Part shown: piece by piece, positions 47,782 through 56,676 of the stretch | Numbering within the stretch: the first letter of the stretch is position 1 | How the letters are laid out: the number at the start of each line of letters is the position of its first letter | Assembly (NCBI GenBank): GCA_903927005.1 | Contig: CAIYLH010000004.1 | Coordinates: 19,177-83,176, forward strand | Origin: an uncultured Pseudomonadota bacterium | GTDB taxonomy: Bacteria; Pseudomonadota; Gammaproteobacteria; Steroidobacterales; Steroidobacteraceae | Direction of reading: 5' to 3' | DNA length: 64,000 nt | Notes under the pieces: model-generated | The model's database searches: none | Told to the model about the DNA's origin: nothing | Seen by the model: the letters and a program-made list of their open reading frames with translations, nothing else | Position numbers and translations under genes: made by a program

Positions 47782-47916
47782 CAAGCGAAAACAGGGAAGG
47801 ATGCGGTCGAAGGTAGGGAGAGCGGGGCAAGCCATCAGGCTTGTCAGGGATTAGCTGCCGTTTCCGAAACAACGATTAAAACAACGAATTCAGGCTCAAC
47901 GGAGCACTACGTCAAG

Positions 47917-50900
47917 ATGAGCATGGCCTACAAGTTAGAGCCCCGGGATGGATCCATTCCATTCCAGGAAGCGTCGATCGATATCTGGGACAAGAAGTAC
48001 CGCCTGACTGCGAAGGATGGCTCTGCCATCGACCAGTCGATGGACGATACCTACCGACGAGTCGCAGTGGCGCTGGCCGATGTCGAGCCGGCGGAATTGC
48101 GCGAGCATTGGTTTGAGCGGTTCTTCTGGGCTTTGCGCAAGGGCGCGATCCCGGCGGGCCGCATCACCTCGAACGCCGGTGCGCTCGAGCACAAGCCGGC
48201 TACCTCGACGATCAACTGCACCGTGTCGGGGACGATCCTCGACTCGATGGACGACATTCTCAACAAGGTCCACGAAGCGGGGCTGACGCTGAAGGCCGGC
48301 TGTGGCATCGGTTACGAGTTCTCGACGTTGCGTCCGCGCGGCGCGTACGTCTCTGGTGCCGGTGCCTATACGTCGGGCCCGATGTCGTTCATGGATATCT
48401 ACGACAAGATGTGTTTCACCGTGTCCTCTGCCGGCGGCCGTCGCGGCGCGCAGATGGGTACCTTCGACATCGGTCATCCGGACGCGCTGGAGTTCATTCG
48501 CGCCAAGCGTGAGAACGGCCGACTGCGCCAGTTCAACCTGTCGCTGCTGATCACCGACGAGTTCATGGACGCGGTGAAGTCCGACGGCAACTGGAAGCTC
48601 GCTTTCCCGCTGTCGAAGAAGGAGTACGAGGCGGAGCAGCCGGACCTCGCCGACGAGGCCAAGTACGTCTGGCGCGAATGGCCGGTCACGACCAACTACG
48701 TCACCCGGGACGACGGCCTGGTCTGCTGCAAGATCTACAAGATCCTGCCGGCTCGCCGCGTCTGGGACCTGATCATGTCGTCGACCTACGATTTCGCGGA
48801 GCCCGGCTTCGTGCTGATCGACCGCGTCAATGAGATGAACAACAACTGGTGGTGCGAAAATATCCGCGCTACCAATCCCTGTGTGCCTACAGACACCTGG
48901 GTGCAAACCGCGGTCGGTCCGCGCCAGGTTGCCGATCTTGTTGGTACGCCGTTCCTTGCCCGCATCGATGGGCATGACCACGCGACCGGCGGCGAGGGCT
49001 TCTTCAAGACTGCAGACAAGGCGCTCGTGCGGATCGAGACGGACGAGGGCTATTCACTGCGCTTGACGAGCGATCACCGCGTTCGTCGGGTGACACACCA
49101 GACGCGCTGGTCGATGGCAACCGAATGGTGCGCAGCGGATGCGCTTGCAGTGGGCGACCGCGTCCTGCTCAACGACCATCGGAGTGGGGCATCGTGGGCG
49201 GGCGCCCACACGTTCGACGAGGGCTACCTGCTGGGTCTGCTGATCGGCGACGGCACATTCGCCGACGGGCGCGCGGTATTGTCGGCGTGGCCAATGGCCG
49301 AGGTTGTCAACGGCGAACCGGCGAGCGGTGGGGTTGGCGCGGTTATGACGGCCGCGCTTGCAGCGGCTCGCCCACTCGCGAGCCGTGCCGACTTTAGCGG
49401 CTGGCACGCGACTGCCGGGAGAGGCGAGTACCGCTTGCGTCTTGCCGGCCTGACGCGTCTCGCCGCTGGGTTCGGTATCGCGGCCGGAACTAAGACAATC
49501 ACGCCGGCCGTTGAGCGCACTTCAAGCGAGTTCCATCGCGGCTTGCTGCGAGGCCTTTTCGATGCGGACGGCTCGGTGCAGGGCTCGCAGGCCAAGGGCG
49601 TCTCGGTACGCCTTGCACAGTCCGATCATGCGCTTCTCGAGGCGGCTCAGCGCATGCTGCTGCGTCTGGGTATCGCCTCCCGGATCTACGCAAACCGTCG
49701 CGACGCCGGCATGTCGTCGCTTCCGGATGGTCATGGCGGCACACGCGAGTATCCGACACGCGCACAGCACGAACTAGTGATCGGCGGCGACAACCTCGCG
49801 CTATTCCATGACCGGGTCGGCTTCACCGATATCGCAAAGTCCGGCAGCCTTGCGGCCGCGCTCGCCGGCTACCGTCGCACACTCAACCGGGAGCGCTTCA
49901 CTGCGACCGTGGCGGCGGTCGCCGCGGACGGCTTCGAGGCGGTATACGACGTACAGGTGCCGGGCATCAACACGTTCGACGCCAATGGCCTGCACGCGCA
50001 TAACTGCGGTGAGCAGCCGCTGCCGCCGTACGGCTCGTGTTTGCTCGGCTCTGTGAACCTGACGCGCTTCGTCGTAAGTCCCTTCACGCCGGACGCGAAG
50101 TTCGACTGGGACGAGTATCGCGAGGTGACCAAGATCTTCACCCGCATGCTCGACAACGTCGTCGAGATCAACGGTCTGCCGCTGCCCGGACAGCGCGATG
50201 AGATCATGCGTAAGCGCCGCCACGGCATGGGGTTCCTGGGCCTGGGCTCGGCGATCACCATGCTGGGCATGCGGTACGGCTCGATCGAGTCGGTGCAGTT
50301 TACCGAGGCGGTATCGCGCGAGATGGCGATCGCTGGTTGGGAAGCGGGTCTGGACCTCGCCCGCGAGAAGGGGCCTGCCCCAATCATGAACGAGGAGTTC
50401 GTGATCACCGCGAAGATGCTCCGGCAGCGGCCGGAGATGGTGAAGGACGGCTGGAAGCTCGGTCAGAAGGTTCCCGGCCGCATCCTGCACGCGCGCTACA
50501 GCCGCTACATGCAGCGCATCGCGGCGGTGCAGCCGGCGCTGGTTGAGCAGCTGGCGACGACGGGCGCGAGATTCACGCATCACAGCTCGATTGCGCCGAC
50601 CGGCACGATCTCGTTGTCGCTCGCCAACAACGCTTCGAACGGCATCGAGCCGTCGTTCGCGCACCACTACATGCGCAACGTGATCCGCCCGGGCCGCAAG
50701 ACGAAGGAGCAGATCGACGTTTACTCGTTTGAGTTGCTGGCCTATCGCGAGCTGATCAACCAGAAGGCGATGCCTGGCGCAACCAAGCCGGACGAAGCGC
50801 TGCCCGAGTACTTCGTGACTGCGGATGCGATCACGCCAGAGCAGCACGTTGACGTGCAGGCGGCGGCGCAGAAGTGGATCGACTCAAGCATCTCCAAGAC

Positions 50901-51186
50901 AGCCAATGTCCCGACCGACTTTAAGTATGAGTCGTTCAAGAACATCTACCTGTATGCGTATGAGCAGGGCCTGAAGGGCTGTACGACGTTCCGTTTCAAC
51001 CCCGAAGCGTTCAGTGGCGTGCTGGTCAAGGAGGAAGATCTTAAGAACACGACCTATGTGTTTACCCTTGACGACGGCACTGAGGTCAAGGTCCGAGGCG
51101 ACGAGACCATCGAATACGATGGCGAGACGCACGGCGCCGCGAACCTGTTCGACGCGCTCAAGGAAGGGTACTACGGGAAGTTCTGA
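47917..51186 (+). CDS. nrdJ: Class II (adenosylcobalamin-dependent) ribonucleotide reductase, large fragment NrdJa, containing an intein
   Basis: ATG at 47917 (MSMAYKLEP...) within the track ORF 47773-51186. Extein motifs include TINCTVSG, GCGIGYEFSTLRPRG and IRATNP / CGEQPLPPYGSCLLGS. The spliced product is predicted at 714 aa (321 + 393). Confidence 0.9.
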   Translation: MSMAYKLEPRDGSIPFQEASIDIWDKKYRLTAKDGSAIDQSMDDTYRRVAVALADVEPAELREHWFERFFWALRKGAIPAGRITSNAGALEHKPATSTINCTVSGTILDSMDDILNKVHEAGLTLKAGCGIGYEFSTLRPRGAYVSGAGAYTSGPMSFMDIYDKMCFTVSSAGGRRGAQMGTFDIGHPDALEFIRAKRENGRLRQFNLSLLITDEFMDAVKSDGNWKLAFPLSKKEYEAEQPDLADEAKYVWREWPVTTNYVTRDDGLVCCKIYKILPARRVWDLIMSSTYDFAEPGFVLIDRVNEMNNNWWCENIRATNPCVPTDTWVQTAVGPRQVADLVGTPFLARIDGHDHATGGEGFFKTADKALVRIETDEGYSLRLTSDHRVRRVTHQTRWSMATEWCAADALAVGDRVLLNDHRSGASWAGAHTFDEGYLLGLLIGDGTFADGRAVLSAWPMAEVVNGEPASGGVGAVMTAALAAARPLASRADFSGWHATAGRGEYRLRLAGLTRLAAGFGIAAGTKTITPAVERTSSEFHRGLLRGLFDADGSVQGSQAKGVSVRLAQSDHALLEAAQRMLLRLGIASRIYANRRDAGMSSLPDGHGGTREYPTRAQHELVIGGDNLALFHDRVGFTDIAKSGSLAAALAGYRRTLNRERFTATVAAVAADGFEAVYDVQVPGINTFDANGLHAHNCGEQPLPPYGSCLLGSVNLTRFVVSPFTPDAKFDWDEYREVTKIFTRMLDNVVEINGLPLPGQRDEIMRKRRHGMGFLGLGSAITMLGMRYGSIESVQFTEAVSREMAIAGWEAGLDLAREKGPAPIMNEEFVITAKMLRQRPEMVKDGWKLGQKVPGRILHARYSRYMQRIAAVQPALVEQLATTGARFTHHSSIAPTGTISLSLANNASNGIEPSFAHHYMRNVIRPGRKTKEQIDVYSFELLAYRELINQKAMPGATKPDEALPEYFVTADAITPEQHVDVQAAAQKWIDSSISKTANVPTDFKYESFKNIYLYAYEQGLKGCTTFRFNPEAFSGVLVKEEDLKNTTYVFTLDDGTEVKVRGDETIEYDGETHGAANLFDALKEGYYGKF
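48880..50004 (+). mobile_element. Intein (375 aa) with LAGLIDADG homing-endonuclease domain, inserted in the NrdJ active-site motif
   Basis: Interrupts ATNP|CGEQPL. Begins CVPTDTWV (block A, Cys1). Has LRLTSDHRV (block B, TxxH), LLGLLIGDGTF and LLRGLFDADGSV (two LAGLIDADG motifs) and VYDVQVPGINTFDANG (block F). Ends LHAHN, followed by the +1 Cys. Confidence 0.9.
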
Positions 51187-51187
51187 C

Positions 51188-51907
51188 ATGATAAAAATCG
51201 AAAAGCACATCGCGAAGTACCGCGTAGAAAAGCCTGCTGACGTCGCCGAGGCCGCTGCCAGGGCGGCTGAGCGCAAGGCCGACGCCGCCGAGATCCGTCG
51301 GGATGGGGGCAAGGTCATTCGCCTCACCGAGAAGCTTGAGCGGCCCGAGGTCCTGATTGGTTCTACATACAAGATCAAGACCCCGGTCTCTGATCATGCG
51401 ATGTACGTAACCATCAACGACATCATCCTCAACGAAGGCACCGAGCATGAGCAGCGCCGCCCCTTCGAGGTGTTCATCAATTCCAAGAATCTCGATCACT
51501 TCCAGTGGATCGTGGCACTCACGAGGATCATCTCGGCGGTATTCCGCAAGGGCGGCGACATCTCGTTCCTGGTGGACGAGCTGAAGTCGGTGTTTGACCC
51601 GCGGGGTGGCTACTGGCAGCCAGGCGGCAGGTTCATGCCGTCGATAATTGCCGAGCTTGGCTACGTGATCGAAAAGCATCTGCAGACGATCGGTGTGATG
51701 CCTCGCCCTGAGATGGACGAGCATCGCGCTGCGATGATCAAGCAGAAGAAGGAAGAATACGACGCCCGCAACAAGCAGCAGGACGCTTTCTCCCGCAGTC
51801 ACTTTCCCGAAGGTGCGCAGCTCTGCCCGAAATGCAGCACCGCCGCCGTAATCATGATGGATGGTTGCATGACATGCCTGAGCTGCGGCGACTCGAAGTG
51901 CGGCTGA
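51188..51907 (+). CDS. nrdJb: Class II ribonucleotide reductase C-terminal fragment NrdJb
   Basis: ATG 51188 lies 1 nt after the nrdJa stop. Contains RPEVLIGSTYKIKTP...MYVTINDI...RPFEVFINSKNLDHFQWIVALTRIISAVFRKGGD and the C-terminal Cys cluster CPKCSTAAVIMMDGCMTCLSCGDSKCG. Same split arrangement as I recall for Pseudomonas aeruginosa nrdJab. Confidence 0.85.
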   Translation: MIKIEKHIAKYRVEKPADVAEAAARAAERKADAAEIRRDGGKVIRLTEKLERPEVLIGSTYKIKTPVSDHAMYVTINDIILNEGTEHEQRRPFEVFINSKNLDHFQWIVALTRIISAVFRKGGDISFLVDELKSVFDPRGGYWQPGGRFMPSIIAELGYVIEKHLQTIGVMPRPEMDEHRAAMIKQKKEEYDARNKQQDAFSRSHFPEGAQLCPKCSTAAVIMMDGCMTCLSCGDSKCG

Positions 51908-51970
51908 GCGACTGACGACGAACCCGTCGACACGTGCGCCTGCCTGACGGCAGGGGGATGCGTGTCTTCC

Positions 51971-52001
51971 GGGCCGCCCCGCGAGGGGCGGCCCTTTTTT
52001 T
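51971..52001. terminator. Rho-independent terminator GGGCCGCCCC-GCGA-GGGGCGGCCC + TTTTTTT
   Basis: 10-bp perfect GC stem followed by 7 T, between convergent nrdJb and the DUF2721 gene. Confidence 0.85.
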
Positions 52002-52010
52002 GTCTAAAAT

Positions 52011-52460
52011 TTAGGGCTGGCGCGGCCCTATCCTGATGGTCAGGGTCGCGATTCGAACTTCCACCAGAAACGCGACCAGCGCCCCGATGAGCGAGGTCAT
52101 CGCGCCGATGAACAGCAGCGCCACGGGTGTTGCCAGGTTGAAGCGGATGAAGGTCGCGCCGAACAGAAGCCCGACCACGATAGCCACGAGCAGAGCCGAG
52201 ACGGTGCTGAGCGTGATCGCGGTGTTCATGAGTCGCGTGCGGCGGGAGTAATGCTGCAGCTGCTTGCGCAGCTCCTCTGCCGCTGCGCCCTGCGCGGAGA
52301 CGTGCAGCGCTTCGGTTGTGCGCGCCCGATCGACGACCCGCGCCAGTCGATTGGTCAGTACGCCGAGCAGCACGCCGATGCCGGAAAGCAGGAATACCGG
52401 CGCTACTGACAGCTGGATCGAATGGGCGATGCGGGCAATGTCGGTCGGTGTGGCGTCCAT
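52011..52460 (-). CDS. DUF2721-like membrane protein
   Basis: 149 aa. Hydrophobic N-terminal helix, charged central helix and two C-terminal TM helices. Confidence 0.6.
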   Translation of the reverse strand: MDATPTDIARIAHSIQLSVAPVFLLSGIGVLLGVLTNRLARVVDRARTTEALHVSAQGAAAEELRKQLQHYSRRTRLMNTAITLSTVSALLVAIVVGLLFGATFIRFNLATPVALLFIGAMTSLIGALVAFLVEVRIATLTIRIGPRQP

Positions 52461-52476
52461 CAGGTTCTCCAGGGAA

Positions 52477-52944
52477 TCAGGCCGGCACGTTGAGTCGCAG
52501 CCGAACGTAAAGGCGCTTTTGCACGCGTGCGATGACCTGTCCCTGCTGGTCGTGTATTTCTACCGAGTACTCGGGTAGCACCTTGGCCCCGCCGCTAGCC
52601 GCGTGGCGGACGCGCTCGCCTTCCGCGCGTGCCATCTCGAAGCGAGCGCTGACGACGCCTATGCCGGGCTTGAGAAACTCTATCGCCGACCACTGGTCCC
52701 AGATCCTGTAGGTGGGACCGAGCTGGTGCTGGAGCATCAACGCGAAGAACGGATCTGTCATCGCGAACAGGCTGCCGCCAAAATGGGCGCCGTGCGGGTT
52801 GCGGTTCATTGTCCGCGGGCGCAGTTCCACCTCTACGGTGCTCCAGTCAGGCGAGATGCTGCGTACGCGGATGCCGGCGCCCCGGAACGGCGGCCACCAG
52901 TTCATCAGCAGGCGAAAGAGGCGTGGGGGCAGGCGCAGTGGCAT
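52477..52944 (-). CDS. DUF4442 / hotdog-fold thioesterase-like protein
   Basis: 155 aa. Contains NWWPPFRGAGIRV...NPHGAHFGGSLFAMTDPFFALML. Confidence 0.7.
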   Translation of the reverse strand: MPLRLPPRLFRLLMNWWPPFRGAGIRVRSISPDWSTVEVELRPRTMNRNPHGAHFGGSLFAMTDPFFALMLQHQLGPTYRIWDQWSAIEFLKPGIGVVSARFEMARAEGERVRHAASGGAKVLPEYSVEIHDQQGQVIARVQKRLYVRLRLNVPA

Positions 52945-53007
52945 GCCTGATACTAGCGCGCTGGAGCGTTTGGTGTGCCGCGACCTGAGCCGTCAGCAGG
53001 CGCCCGG

Positions 53008-53412
53008 TCAACGGCGCTTCGGTGGCGTCCGATCGTAAGGGTTGAAGGTCACTGCCTCGGGGCTCTTCGCGGCGCCGCGGCTGTATGGATCGCTGCCACG
53101 GGTATCGTGCGAACGGGCCGGATGCTTTGCTGCGTGCGTGTCGTAGGGCGTGAATGCGGCGCCCTTCTGTGGCAGCGGGACAGCATTGGGCTTGGTCGCT
53201 GGATTGTCGGCGATCTCAAGCGGTACGGTCGACTCGGACAGTGCGCGGACGCGCTGCGTGCTGGCATTGCGGTCGAACGTGCCGGTCTCGACCGCCCACG
53301 CCCAGATTGCCTGGCCGCGCTCGTCGAACTGGACGCGGCCGGACTTACGCGTCGCGCTATCGCTGGAAGCGTTATTCGATTTCTGCGTCGGAGGGACGGT
53401 TGGCTTCGACAT
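53008..53412 (-). CDS. Hypothetical, largely disordered protein
   Basis: 134 aa. High GC3 frame. Contains RVQFDERGQAIWAWAVETG. No known domain. Confidence 0.5.
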   Translation of the reverse strand: MSKPTVPPTQKSNNASSDSATRKSGRVQFDERGQAIWAWAVETGTFDRNASTQRVRALSESTVPLEIADNPATKPNAVPLPQKGAAFTPYDTHAAKHPARSHDTRGSDPYSRGAAKSPEAVTFNPYDRTPPKRR

Positions 53413-53612
53413 GCGAGTGACCTTGGGCCTTCAATGCCCGACTATTGCGGCACCTAGATACAACATAAGGCTTGCGCGCTGTCACGCAACGACTTTTGGT
53501 CCAGACTGTGACGCAGGTAACCGAAATTCGGCGCGCGTCGCGCGGGCTGTATAATTGATCCGGTCAGATGTGGGCCGCGTGGCGTGAGCCGAGGCTTCTC
53601 GATGGAGGCAAG

Positions 53613-55751
53613 ATGCGACAGCATGGGCGGCGCTGGATTCGTTGGTTAATGGTGTTGTCCGCCGAGGGCGTGCTCGCCTGTGCGTTCTGTCGCCCGGTAG
53701 CCGCTGACCCCGCGCAGTTTCCGCGTCCGCCGCAGCTCGAGCCGGACGTGCAGTTTTGGCAGCGCATCTACAGCAAGGTCACGACGCAGGGCGGCCTGCT
53801 GCATGACGATCGCTTTTTGGGGATCGTCTACGAGGAGCTGGGATTCCCGTCTGGCATGGCGTCGCGCGATCGAGTTGCAATGGTCAACGCTGCGCGCGAC
53901 AAATACGACAAGGCATTGCGACGGCTCGGCAGCGGCGTACGTGACGACCTTTCTGCCGAGGACAGGCGTGTGCTCGCGCTGTTCCCGCCTACCGTGACCG
54001 ACGCTGAGCTCGTCGACGCCGCCGACCATCTCCGCTTCCAGCTCGGTCAGGCAGATCGGTTCCGCGAGGGTCTGCTGCGCTCGGGCACATGGGAGCGCCA
54101 TGTGCAGGAGACGCTACGTCGTGAAGGGCTGCCGCCAGAGTTGTCGGCGCTACCACATGTCGAGTCATCGTTTAATCCGCGCGCCTACTCCAAGGTCGGC
54201 GCCGCGGGGCTGTGGCAGTTCATGCGCTCGACCGGCAAGCGCTGGCTGCGAGTCGATACCGTCGTTGACGAGCGGATGGATCCATACAAGTCGACGCTCG
54301 CTGCAGCACAGTTTCTGAATATCAACTACGCCATTCTCGGTAGCTGGCCGCTGGCGCTGACCGCCTACAATCATGGTGCTGGCGGGATGCGTCGCGCTAA
54401 GGAGCAGATGGGTACCGACGATATCGTTACCATCTTGCGCAACTATCAGAGCCGAACGTTTGGCTTTGCGTCGCGCAATTTCTATGTCTCGTTCCTCGCC
54501 GCGCTGGAGATTGATCGTAACCCGGAACGGTTCTTCGGCCGGATCGAGCGCTCGCCGGCCGACACCAGTCACATCGTGCGCTTGCCGGTCAGCCTCTCGG
54601 CACAGGCGTTGGCGAAGACTCTCGGCACTGACCGCGAGACGCTGCGCAACCTTAATCTGTCGCTGCTCGAGCCAGTGTGGAGCGGCCGGCGGACGGTACC
54701 GCGCGGCTTCGAACTACATGTTCCAGCGGCGACCGACCCGCAGCGGCTGGCCAACCGCCTGGGGGCGGATGAGCGTGAGGTCGGCTCCGGCCGGCCGCTG
54801 AGCTATACCGTTCGCAAGGACGATACGCTCGACCGAATTGCTACGACCTACGGGTTGCGGACGGCGGAACTGGCTGAGTTCAACGGGCTGGTGGATCGCA
54901 GGATTCGGTCCGGCACGACCCTCAAGCTGCCGCCGGTGGCCGTCGCCGCGGTCCCTGTGCAGACGGGCGACGCTGTGGTGGCTGATATCTACGTTGTGCG
55001 CTTCGGCGATTCGTTAACAGAGATCGCGCGTAGGGTCGGCCTTAGCGACAAGGCGCTGCTGGCCCAGAATGGGATCAAGGACCCTAACTTTCTCTATGAG
55101 GGCCAGAAGCTGAAGGTGGGGCACATGGACGCGGTAGTGGCGCTCGTTCCTGCGCCAGCGTCGGACGTGCCGGTGGATGCCCTACCGAGCATCGAGTCCG
55201 CGCATGCCAAGCCCCAACCTACCTCGCGCGAGGAAGCGGCTGCCATGGGTCCGGGTCTGGTGCCGGGTATTGAAAGTGCCGCTTCCGCCGATCCCAGTGA
55301 CTATTCGGTTACCGACGGTGCGGCGGTCGTGCAGGGCGCGGAGACGCTGGGGCACTTTGCAGAGTGGCTCGGCGTCACTCCCGCCCGCCTGCGTGAGCTC
55401 AATAAGATCGCCCTCGGCGCCCCACTCCCAATTGGCCGGCGCATCAGGCTCGACTTCGGAGCGGTGGATCCAGCGGCGTTCTACGAACGCCGCGTCCGTT
55501 TCCATCAGCAGATGCAGGACGAGTTCTTTCGGCATTACCGCATCGCCGGCCAGGAAAAGCGCCGTCTACAGCCGGGTGAATCGCTGTGGTCGCTGACCAA
55601 GCGTTCGGCCGTGCCGGTTTGGTTGCTGCGGCAGTACAATCCAAGCGTCGACTTCGCCGCTATGCGCATCGGCACCGAGCTCGTTCTGCCCAGAGTCGAG
55701 GCCGTGCCCGCGGCCGTCCCGGAACCGGCCGCCACCGGAGGTGAAAAATGA
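53613..55751 (+). CDS. mltD: Membrane-bound lytic murein transglycosylase D-like (SLT domain plus multiple LysM repeats)
   Basis: SLT catalytic region LPHVESSFNPRAYSKVGAAGLWQFM. LysM repeats YTVRKDDTLDRIATTYGL and YVVRFGDSLTEIARRVGL. Start alternatives are 53568 and 53613. Confidence 0.85.
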   Translation: MRQHGRRWIRWLMVLSAEGVLACAFCRPVAADPAQFPRPPQLEPDVQFWQRIYSKVTTQGGLLHDDRFLGIVYEELGFPSGMASRDRVAMVNAARDKYDKALRRLGSGVRDDLSAEDRRVLALFPPTVTDAELVDAADHLRFQLGQADRFREGLLRSGTWERHVQETLRREGLPPELSALPHVESSFNPRAYSKVGAAGLWQFMRSTGKRWLRVDTVVDERMDPYKSTLAAAQFLNINYAILGSWPLALTAYNHGAGGMRRAKEQMGTDDIVTILRNYQSRTFGFASRNFYVSFLAALEIDRNPERFFGRIERSPADTSHIVRLPVSLSAQALAKTLGTDRETLRNLNLSLLEPVWSGRRTVPRGFELHVPAATDPQRLANRLGADEREVGSGRPLSYTVRKDDTLDRIATTYGLRTAELAEFNGLVDRRIRSGTTLKLPPVAVAAVPVQTGDAVVADIYVVRFGDSLTEIARRVGLSDKALLAQNGIKDPNFLYEGQKLKVGHMDAVVALVPAPASDVPVDALPSIESAHAKPQPTSREEAAAMGPGLVPGIESAASADPSDYSVTDGAAVVQGAETLGHFAEWLGVTPARLRELNKIALGAPLPIGRRIRLDFGAVDPAAFYERRVRFHQQMQDEFFRHYRIAGQEKRRLQPGESLWSLTKRSAVPVWLLRQYNPSVDFAAMRIGTELVLPRVEAVPAAVPEPAATGGEK

Positions 55752-56119
55752 CCCGCGTATCTATGTTGCTTGTCTGTGCGCTGCTGGCGAGCTGTGCCAT
55801 GCAGCGTGGCTACGAGGGTCCGCCGCGGCCGTTGGTGGAGCTTGCGGTGATTGAAGGCGCGCCGTCGATCAACGCCGGGCTGCCACTCGCGCCGGTGCTG
55901 CGCAAGGTCGACGAGCGGGTCGTCACGCTCGGCCACTCGAAAGTGATGGTTCTCCCCGGGGAGCACCGGGTGCTTGCCGATTGCGTGATGTCCGCGACGC
56001 ATACGACGACGCGTCACGAACTGGTCTTCGAGACCTACCCGGGACGTCGCTACGTGCTGGTGGCCGACAGTGCCCCCGGGAACCGGACCTGCGGCACAGT
56101 CCGCGTCGAAGAACGTTGA
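55748..56119 (+). CDS. Hypothetical lipoprotein
   Basis: 123 aa with 4-nt overlap with mltD. Lipobox LLVCALLASC. Confidence 0.6.
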   Translation: MTRVSMLLVCALLASCAMQRGYEGPPRPLVELAVIEGAPSINAGLPLAPVLRKVDERVVTLGHSKVMVLPGEHRVLADCVMSATHTTTRHELVFETYPGRRYVLVADSAPGNRTCGTVRVEER

Positions 56120-56148
56120 TCCGGCGCGTCGCTCCGTATAATACGGGC

Positions 56149-56676
56149 ATGCGCTTCATGCACGCCCGCCGCAGCTTCGCTCTCGTCGGCATACTGCTGC
56201 TCGTCCTGTGCGCCGGCGTCCCGCGGCCGGTCTTCGCCAGCGCGGGGCTCGACCTCGCCGATCAGATCGTCGTGGTTAAGAGCGAGCGGCGCTTGTACCT
56301 GCTGCGGGGGGGCGAGCCGTTCCGCACCTACCGCGTCGCGCTGGGCCTCAATCCGCTCGGACACAAGGAGCGCGAGGGCGACTTTCGTACTCCCGAGGGC
56401 CGCTACCGCGTGGACACCCGCAATCCGGCCAGTGACTACTACTTGTCGCTGCACGTCTCCTATCCGAACAACCAGGACGTCGACAACGCACACCGCCATC
56501 ATTGGCAGCCGGGCGGCTCGATCATGATTCATGGCATGCCGAACGTGCTCAAGCACCCGGTCGATTTTTACCGCCGCGCCGACTGGACCAATGGCTGCAT
56601 CGCGCTATCCAACCCGGACATGCTGGAGGTGTGGCTGCTCACTCGCCCGGACACGCCGATCGAGATCCGGCCGTGA
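56149..56676 (+). CDS. L,D-transpeptidase (YkuD) family protein
   Basis: Start at MRFMHARRSFALVGILLLVLCAG. Catalytic HGMPN...TNGCIALSN. Confidence 0.85.
   Translation: MRFMHARRSFALVGILLLVLCAGVPRPVFASAGLDLADQIVVVKSERRLYLLRGGEPFRTYRVALGLNPLGHKEREGDFRTPEGRYRVDTRNPASDYYLSLHVSYPNNQDVDNAHRHHWQPGGSIMIHGMPNVLKHPVDFYRRADWTNGCIALSNPDMLEVWLLTRPDTPIEIRP

Noticed and set aside
47254-47835. Upstream 194 codons of the 340-aa minus-strand ORF containing hsp20
   Set aside because: Hsp20 homology starts at MTLIRYEPW (47253). The upstream part runs through the sigma-32 promoter and the AT-rich nrdJ control region.
47780-47916. Possible cobalamin riboswitch in the nrdJ leader, since NrdJ uses adenosylcobalamin
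   Set aside because: I could not find a B12-box-like core or the expected multi-stem architecture by eye. B12 riboswitches normally repress B12-independent isozymes, not nrdJ. This needs an Rfam RF00174 scan to be definitive.
47935-50847. Two 348-aa minus-strand ORFs (47935-48981, 49801-50847) and other internal ORFs
   Set aside because: They are antisense to nrdJ and its intein, and no motifs were found. The sense strand carries continuous recognisable RNR and intein blocks.
51014-51187. 5' extension of the nrdJb ORF overlapping the end of nrdJa
   Set aside because: It is an out-of-frame overlap with the well-conserved NrdJa C-terminus. NrdJb homology begins at MIKIEKH (51188).
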